From positions 1 through 15,575 of the forward strand of contig JBMGUZ010000065.1 in assembly GCA_051530055.1 (NCBI GenBank): a DNA stretch of 15,575 nucleotides, in the 5' to 3' direction. A program made the translations under genes and the position numbers. The notes beneath the pieces were generated by a model. It made no database searches. It had not been told where the DNA came from and worked only from the letters and a program-made list of their open reading frames with translations. This document shows positions 9,320 through 15,575 of the stretch, one piece after another (the stretch's first letter is position 1; every line of letters starts with the position of its first letter). Source of the stretch: Neoechinorhynchus agilis (taxonomy: Eukaryota > Animalia > Acanthocephala).

Positions 9320-10800
9320 CTCTTTCTAGAGAGAGCTGCTTCACCAGTGTCTCGAACCATTTGCAAAAGATGAGATGGCTTTTTTTAACTCTAAAATTTG
9401 AGTGGGTGTCCTGTTTTGTATGGGCGGAGGTGGAATTTCAAAACTGTCACTACTGCATGGGTGTTTTGACCGGAGTATTTGTAGTGTCGCGTTGTCTCGT
9501 TGTGCAAAACTGTCGGAGGATGACAATAACCGAACAGCCCCCGAACATCTTCGCCCGCAAGCTTCGAAGAAACACGTTCAGTCAGGGATTGCACGAGGCT
9601 CGCGAAATTTCATTTCGAAATTGTGAAATATCTGTTCGAAAGAGGCCACCCTTTCTTTACTTATTGATGTCAAGGACACACCAGAATTATCACTGGTGCA
9701 AAGGACTAAGCGCAGGAAAGCGAAGAACCGTGTCTATGATGGCATGCAGTGCTTTTGGAGGCAATCGTTGAGCAATCCCGTAAATGTTTTGGCGATCTTA
9801 TGTCGTGCGCCCCGTGGGATCCGTTTTAGGACGTTCTTGGGCAGAATCCGCACTATATCAGGTATCGAAATAGTCAGTAGTGATCTGAGAAGTCCCAGGC
9901 ATAAACAGATCGGTTGATTGTGGTGGAGAACCAGACTCGTTACAGCGGAAATCCCGGGGACCATGGGCAAACAAAACCCTGAAATTGGTTAATATAAAGA
10001 CTTATTGCAAACCGGACACACACCAGTAGACGCATGGGAGCTCGGCAGCGTAGGTCTTCTCAGGTTGAGCGCGTTCAAGGTGTCTGCGTCAATAGCGTCG
10101 ATTGTAGGCGGCATGAACGCAGTTCGCGGCTTGTTTTTAATCGAGATTTTCTTTGAGAACTGAGCCTTCGAGTTATCAGAATTTTATGGCGGTTGCATTG
10201 ATAGTTGGCTATTCTGTGATCCGGCCTCATAAAGTTCATATACCACAAACGATTAAGAGTAAATTTCGTCTTCGTTTACTTTAATGATCCTTCACTAAAG
10301 TGTTTGAAAGGAGTAATCAGGTTTAATGACTCGATCGAGATTATTTCATCTCAATACCCCACTTTCTCCTAGTATAATTCGACGACTTATTTGGATCTGT
10401 GCCTCAGGCCGAGAGCGTGATGGCTCAAGCCTTTGGTATAAACCCAATCAGTGGTTTATCTTCGCACGGACGATGATTTGATTATATGGAACTTCGAGCA
10501 CAACCAACTTTAGGTAAGCCGTTCAAGATCACTTCGGTAAACATCCATCTTTTTAACCCAGTCGTCAGATTGTGACCTAAACTTACACAAAAAGGCAAAT
10601 GATGAGAGCAAAAGAAATCGAAGACGCTGTTCCATCTAATTTCTGGTCATACTGGTTTAGAGTAGGGCACGATTCCAATTAGACTTCGATAAGAAACGGA
10701 TAACTTCCTTCGCTTGGTATTCCATACAAAGGGTTCCCCAAAGCGTTTTCTATCCTGGCGACAAGCGGCCGGTGGTTTATAAACGCTTCGTTTGTAGTGG
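9320..10800 (+). pseudogene. fem-1: Degraded Fem-1-like ankyrin-repeat gene relic
   Basis: Fem-1-like peptides are scattered across frames with stops and frameshifts: LHGCFD (9453-9470; cf LRAACFDG), HFEIVKYLFERG (9611-9646; ankyrin), VYDG..LEAI (~9732-9770), DVLGQNPHYIRYR (9830-9868; cf RILGPSHPDTSYYIRYR), GCIDSW (10191-10208; cf RCIxLW), PSIIRRLI (10368-10391), KTLFHL (10621-10638), IPYKGFPKAF (10719-10748; cf Fem-1 C-terminal IPYKGFIP..AF). Boundaries approximate. Confidence 0.55.
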
Positions 10801-11099
10801 ACATTCTAGAGATTGTAAGAAAAGCTTGATTTTTAACCGCGTAAACCTTGCGAGGGTAAAGGAAATCGAAGACGCTGTTCCATCTAATTTCTGGTCATAC
10901 TGGTTTAGAGTAGGGCACGATATCAATTAGACTTCGATAAGAAACGGATAACTTCCTTCGCTTCGTATTTCATACAAAGGGTTCCCCAAAGCGTTTTCTA
11001 CCCTGGCGACAAGCGGCCGGTGGGTTATAAACGCTTCGTTTGTAGTGGACATTCTAGAAATTGTAAGAAAAGCTTGATTGTTAAGCGCGTAAACCTTGC
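10614..11099. repeat. Tandem duplication of 238 bp (10614-10851 and 10862-11099)
   Basis: The two copies are separated by 10 nt and differ by 9 substitutions with no indels (~96% identity). Confidence 0.97.
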
Positions 11100-11309
11100 C
11101 GTATTAATTCAAGAGTGTCTGATATCATCCTAGATTAAAAATCTAAAAATAAGCATATACCAAGGAAGCATCCGCTCGTGTTGGTTTCATCTCCCGTTCA
11201 GAAATGGTCGGGTATCAACATATCTAAGCGAATCTTCTAAGTTAGACAAAAAAGTAAGAATATTTCTTCCCCAAGAGATGTTCGTCTCCCTGGAAATTCA
11301 GTCGGCACC

Positions 11310-11685
11310 AAATCGACGAATATCTTGATTGCTTTGGATATTTCAATAGCCCTTGATAATATTAACATATACTTTGATATAAAGATATCCTGAATAATAC
11401 TCTAAAATCCAAATTTTTCTATTCTTAAGATGACCTTGACAGAATTAAATATTTTCCGTCCTTGGAGTGCCCAGGGAACTCGTATTTCACCTATACTATT
11501 TGTTGGGCCAAACAATTTATGGTGTAGAATTATGGAGTATTCAAAGAAATCACATTATACGCCGATAGTGTAATTCAAGCCACATCACGGCAAGAGCTTG
11601 TTTATGATCGTTGCTTATTTTTTAAATAATCACCTACCTAAAATAAGGTTAAACTTTGATGCCAGAAAACTAAGTTCATTTTAAA
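11310..11685 (+). mobile_element. Degenerate reverse-transcriptase fragment of an APE-type LINE (CR1/Jockey-like; clade not resolved)
   Basis: RT motifs in the correct order: ILIALDISIALDNIN (11322-11366; cf LDxSKAFD), GV-QGTRISPILF (from 11464, with a 1-nt deletion in GVPQG), LYADS (11555-11569; cf YADD), NKVKL*CQKTKFIL (11642-11683; cf NxLxLNxxKT). Contains stops and deletions. Confidence 0.8.
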
Positions 11686-11839
11686 CTCTCGTTCCACTTT
11701 TTGGAAAACGTAAGATAAGAGAATTTTACAACCTCGATGAGGTAATCGTCCAAAATAGAAATTCCTGCGTAAACACTCACTAAAAACTCAAACATTAAAG
11801 ACGTTATGAAGAAACTCGAGAAATAGGTCAACTCGCCAT

Positions 11840-12800
11840 ACAAACTTAGCTGAATATTTAAAATGTAGTCGAGACACGCCTTCACAATGTCATCGAACTT
11901 CTTTAACTTATCGACTTGCTTGAAGGAAGCCGTACGCAGTTTATGAAGTAGTTTCGGGTTGAAGAGGGTATTCTTCGTCAGAAATAGAGCTTCGTGTGAC
12001 GAAAGTTCCCGGACTTTATCGCACAGCATCGTGGTGTTCGGGAGTAGATGGTCGATTTGATTTTCCACATTAGAATCAAAAACTTAGCTCCCTAGAAAAC
12101 TCAGCCCGTCTAGAGTGATCAATTCTAAACCGGGTGCCAGATTTCTAAAACCTTTGACGATTTCGCTCTGCGCTGATTCGTCCTCGATGTTCATTACCAA
12201 CAGTACGCATTTCCTTGTATTAAGCTCAACTCCCAATCTCGCAGTCTCCCTTACCAGTGTCTCCAGATCGCGCAGTAGTACGAAGGGTTCACCTCCGAGC
12301 GTAGCGTCATCCAGATACCAAGCGTTCAAGCTGGATGACGCTACGCTCGGAAGTGAACCCTTCGTACTACTGCGCGAAGCGTTCACCTCCGAGCGTAGCG
12401 TCATCCAGATACCAAGCGTTCAAGCTGGATGACGCTACGCTCGGAAGTGAACCCTTCGTACTACTGCGCGAAGGGTTCACCTCCGAGCGTAGCGTCATCC
12501 AGGTACCAAGCGTTAAAGCTGGAGAGAGGGCGCTATTGAATTCGCTGCAAGTGAGAAATCGATTGGACCGAGAGGGTCTCCCTGCTGTACTCCTCTTTCA
12601 AACCAAATGAGTTGTTCATTAAACAGCAAAGGAGGCTGGGTGCCGTATGCGTTGAGAAAATAAGGAAGAGCTTCTAATGCGTGACTTTTTGAGTGCCTCA
12701 AACAGAGCGGTACAGTTAATGGAATTGAAGGCATTTGTAAAGGCGCACCTCAAAATCACACAAGGCGTTGAACTATTGGTGATAAACTGCCGGAGCGTCC
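11840..12800 (-). mobile_element. CRE-like non-LTR retrotransposon, RT core and thumb, inactivated (fragment B)
   Basis: ILRCAFTNAFNS (NAFNS at 12735-12721; first catalytic Asp appears replaced by Ala), GVQQGDPLGP (from 12593), NAWYLDDATLGG, GVELNTRKC, FLGS* (stop at 12084-12086), then LSSHEALFL..PKLLHKLRTA..FDD..ILNIQLS. GVQQGDP + YLDD + this thumb is typical of CRE-like (RLE-type) elements. Two frameshifts, one stop and a 188-nt internal rearrangement. Confidence 0.85.
12268..12523. repeat. 94-bp tandem array of fold-back units inside the RT gene
   Basis: Period 94 (units start at 12281, 12375, 12469; about 2.6 copies). Arms 12268-12314 and 12331-12377 are reverse complements over 47 bp with one mismatch and a 16-nt loop; the structure is repeated 94 nt further on. 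Confidence 0.98.
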
Positions 12801-13310
12801 CGAGCGAAGCGAGGAGACGGCATCGGTGTCGTCGGTGAGCTGTACTGCGTCGTCGGAGAGAGTACCCACAGATGCCAGCGGGACCGAGTTCACCCAAGCA
12901 CCTGATTCTCTAGTGGAGACTGCCAACAACCTGGCACGGACAACGTCGTCGCTTGAATCTGATAAGAAAGAGAGCTTTGAACTCTTGCGACCAGAAGTCG
13001 ATATAACACAGATTGCTTTTGGCCATTCGCAGGTATTTGATCGGAGTTAGTCAGTGTCACCACTCACTGATTCCCTCTTCAAAATGCCTATCAAGACGAT
13101 ACGTATCTTTCAAAATGCGCTGAACTGCGCTTCTGCTTCCCTCATTGGAGTCGAAAAGTGCGGGCGGATGCCCAAACGGCCAGAAGATACAAGCAAAGAT
13201 GCTTGTCGCCATACTTCTTCTGACAGCTGGAAATTTAAAACTTGCTTGAGACGGTCTTTCAATCTGTCATCTATCTTGCGTAGCTGAACCTTGTGCTTGA
13301 AAAACGGACA
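12800..13310 (-). mobile_element. Second CRE-like fragment: post-RT region (fragment A)
   Basis: CPFFKHKVQLRKIDDRLKDRLKQVLNFQLSEEVWRQASLLVSSGRLGIR (LSEE..GIR at 13226-13164; cf LSDxxWxQAxLPxxxGGLGIR) and RARLLAVSTRESGAW (12938-12894; cf ARLLAxxxxESGAWL), ending SLRSG (cf SLRLG). Stops and frameshifts present. Weak RT-like traces may extend to ~13630. Confidence 0.7.
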
Positions 13311-14371
13311 ACGATGCTCTCTATGTCCTTCCTAATCAAATGGACATTGTTTGCGATTTTTATGGCTCGTTTGAAGATGTTTCCTGCAAACCTACAAAGC
13401 AGGTTGATAAAAGAGGCTTTGCTCATTGGCATGGAGGACACAGTTGAAAGGAAGAAGAGCAATCATGCTCTAAGACTTCCAACGAGGAATCTCCATGGGT
13501 CGTCCGCGCAGGGGATGAAACATCACCTCGGGAATCGACGGTCCAGCGCACCCGAGTCAAGGCAACCAACTTAGGTACCCCCACCACATCCATTTTTAGG
13601 TGCTTGAGAAGGAGGCTGGGGCTTTGAAAATTCGCAATGAAGAGTTCAATAAAGTTCGAGTGTGTTACAATTCGCCATTGAGAATAAGTTTTCATGTGAT
13701 TGGTTTATTAAAACTAAAGTATTTGTAATTTTATAATCTCATTGGATGGTGTAATTTTTAACAATTCTTTTAAAAATATACATTCGTATGAGATATTTCC
13801 CGAGATAACGGTGGGCTGGGTTCTACATGTTATTGTTTAATTTTTATGAATTTTTAGTACCTTTCCAGGTCGACAATCGAAGGCTCCTGAAGATTTTCTA
13901 TTAGTACGCAAAATGACTCAGACTACTTTGTTGCAATTTTTAGCTTCAATTCAGTATCATTAACCCCGTCTCCCGACGTATCGTTGATCTGTACGAAATG
14001 CAGTCGAAATGGAAATAACCCTTCAATCGTTCATCTTTGGCAATAACGTGGACAACATCTTCTATAAGCAGTTTCAATTACCACTGAATGATGAAAATGC
14101 TGCGCTTCATAAACTGTACTATCAAGTGGCTTAATTTCTAAAAGACCATATCAGTTTATTCGATTTCCACTCTACAGGACGATGCAACTCAAATTTTAAC
14201 GCCTATTTAACTAACCAGAAGGATAGTGGTTTGACGGTATACCAATTTATAAATTGAGCGTGGATGCGACGTCCAAATGACTTTGTACACAGGCGTTTTC
14301 AATCTATTAAGACAGGTTGATTTTTGCCGAAATTGAAAATTTCTTGATGATAATACGACTAAATACGAAAT

Positions 14372-15090
14372 TTACTTCCCTTTAATGGCAAACATTCCTG
14401 GGAACAACTTCCACCAGTCAATAACTTCAAAGAACTTATGAGCCTTTACCAGATCAGTTCCACTTTTTCCGCATCCATATCGCTTATCTGGATTGAGTTT
14501 CAATAGTCGACTTAAGAGATAGTTAAGCTCGGCTGAGAAATGGTCAGGAACTTTAAACCTTCCGGATTGAACTTTCGCCAAAATTCTCGCTTCATCTGAT
14601 GCCACAAAGGGCGTGTATGCTACATCGAGATCGTTGGCCAAAACCCCGAGTGCTCATCACTTTTGGAGCCATTTATTCAGCAGTTCCACAAGCATTCATC
14701 GTATTCCCGTTTAAGAAATTAGCGAATCCAAAGTCGCTTACTTTTACTTTGCCGTTGCCTTGGACCAAAATATTCTCAGGCTTTATTTCTCTGCGAGCAA
14801 CCTTAATCCGATGTAAATAATCAAAAACGACGACAATTTGAGCTATGATAAATCTATTTTATTCTTCACTAAATCGTCGTTTTGCACGCAAATGTTCATA
14901 CAAATCTCCGGTTGGCATTAATTTGATCACAATGTACAAAATGCTGTTATACTTATACGATCCCTAGAAATCCACAATATTTTAAAGAAATATATTACTC
15001 AGCATTGCCTTTTCGTCAACTGTTCGCTTTGTTTGTCTAGTTTGGAAGAAGTGGAGCATTTCATATATTTTTAACGCAAAATGATCGTGA
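14372..15090 (-). pseudogene. cAMP-dependent protein kinase catalytic subunit-like (AGC family) pseudogene
   Basis: [39 protein letters not shown] (14795-14772), DFG (14735-14727), CGTAE*MAPK, PF..KVQSGRFKVPDHFSAEL..LL..KRYG..HKFF..IDW. In-frame stops at 14984-14982, 14966-14964, 14861-14859 and 14675-14673, plus a frameshifting deletion of the DWW/helix-F segment. No introns seen. Confidence 0.9.
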
Positions 15091-15575
15091 TGTGAGGATC
15101 ATCAAAAACCTTCTTTGGATGGTCATTGAATGAAACAAAAAGAATCAATTTTTGTTTCGTCAGAGGGACGAAAACGAAAGAATGCTCAAGAAGTGGATTT
15201 TGATATCAAGATTTAATTTAAGTTAATTTTTGCGAGCTCGCTGATCTGTTGCCTTGCCTATGCGAGTAAATCAAATGTCGAGATGTTCAATGCGTTGCGG
15301 AAAGTTTTCTTGGGCAAATTAAAGTTTTGTCCATAGTTTTCTATACGAATATTTAATAGTCCAACTCAAATCAATTAACTTGCTAATTCGTTGCAATCGT
15401 GGTGTTAATATATATTGATTTATTGTGTTAATATGATTATCCATTTATCCCAAGATAATAATAAGATCCGCCAAAATTTGTGTTTTGAATTTTTCGATTT
15501 ACGTTTTTAAAGACTCATGGGACCCCATCCTTTTCGCCGCCAAACTCAGACCGATTTATCACCTTTGATTTGGCC

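Noticed and set aside
9148-9771. 207-aa plus ORF as an intact gene
   Set aside because: The best Fem-1/ankyrin motifs lie in the other two frames; the ORF itself has no coherent domain.
10614-10900. IRWNSVFDF on the minus strand, resembling the hAT transposase RWNS motif
   Set aside because: An isolated motif with no other hAT blocks. The opposite strand is better explained as the Fem-1 C-terminus (KTLFHL, IPYKG).
12268-12523. CRISPR-like or retron-like interpretation of the repeat array beside an RT
   Set aside because: There are no unique spacers, the repeats are copies of the RT coding sequence itself, and the context is eukaryotic with a non-LTR RT.
12115-12610. Plus-strand ORFs 12115-12432 and 12335-12610 as genes
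   Set aside because: They are by-products of the inverted duplication of RT sequence.
14009-14320. Plus frame of ~104 codons with two internal stops (MEITLQSFIFGNNVDNIF..)
   Set aside because: No recognisable family, and the stop depletion is not strong enough to call a pseudogene.

Overview
AT-rich animal genomic DNA with very short introns (about 30-50 nt). The left ~6.2 kb is gene-dense. It holds a three-exon C2H2 zinc-finger gene (+), a long uninterrupted MARF1/Limkain-b1-like RRM + LOTUS ORF (-), and possibly a small six-exon gene between them. The right ~9 kb has no intact gene that I can support. It contains LINE endonuclease and RT remnants (+), a nested fold-back (MITE-like) palindrome, a decayed Fem-1-like ankyrin gene whose 3' end is tandemly duplicated, two head-to-tail CRE-like retrotransposon fragments (-), and a PKA-like kinase pseudogene (-). 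The most unusual structure is a 94-bp fold-back tandem array centred on the catalytic YLDD codons of the CRE-like RT, able to form ~47-bp hairpins. All family assignments come from manual translation and motif recall; no database searches were run.
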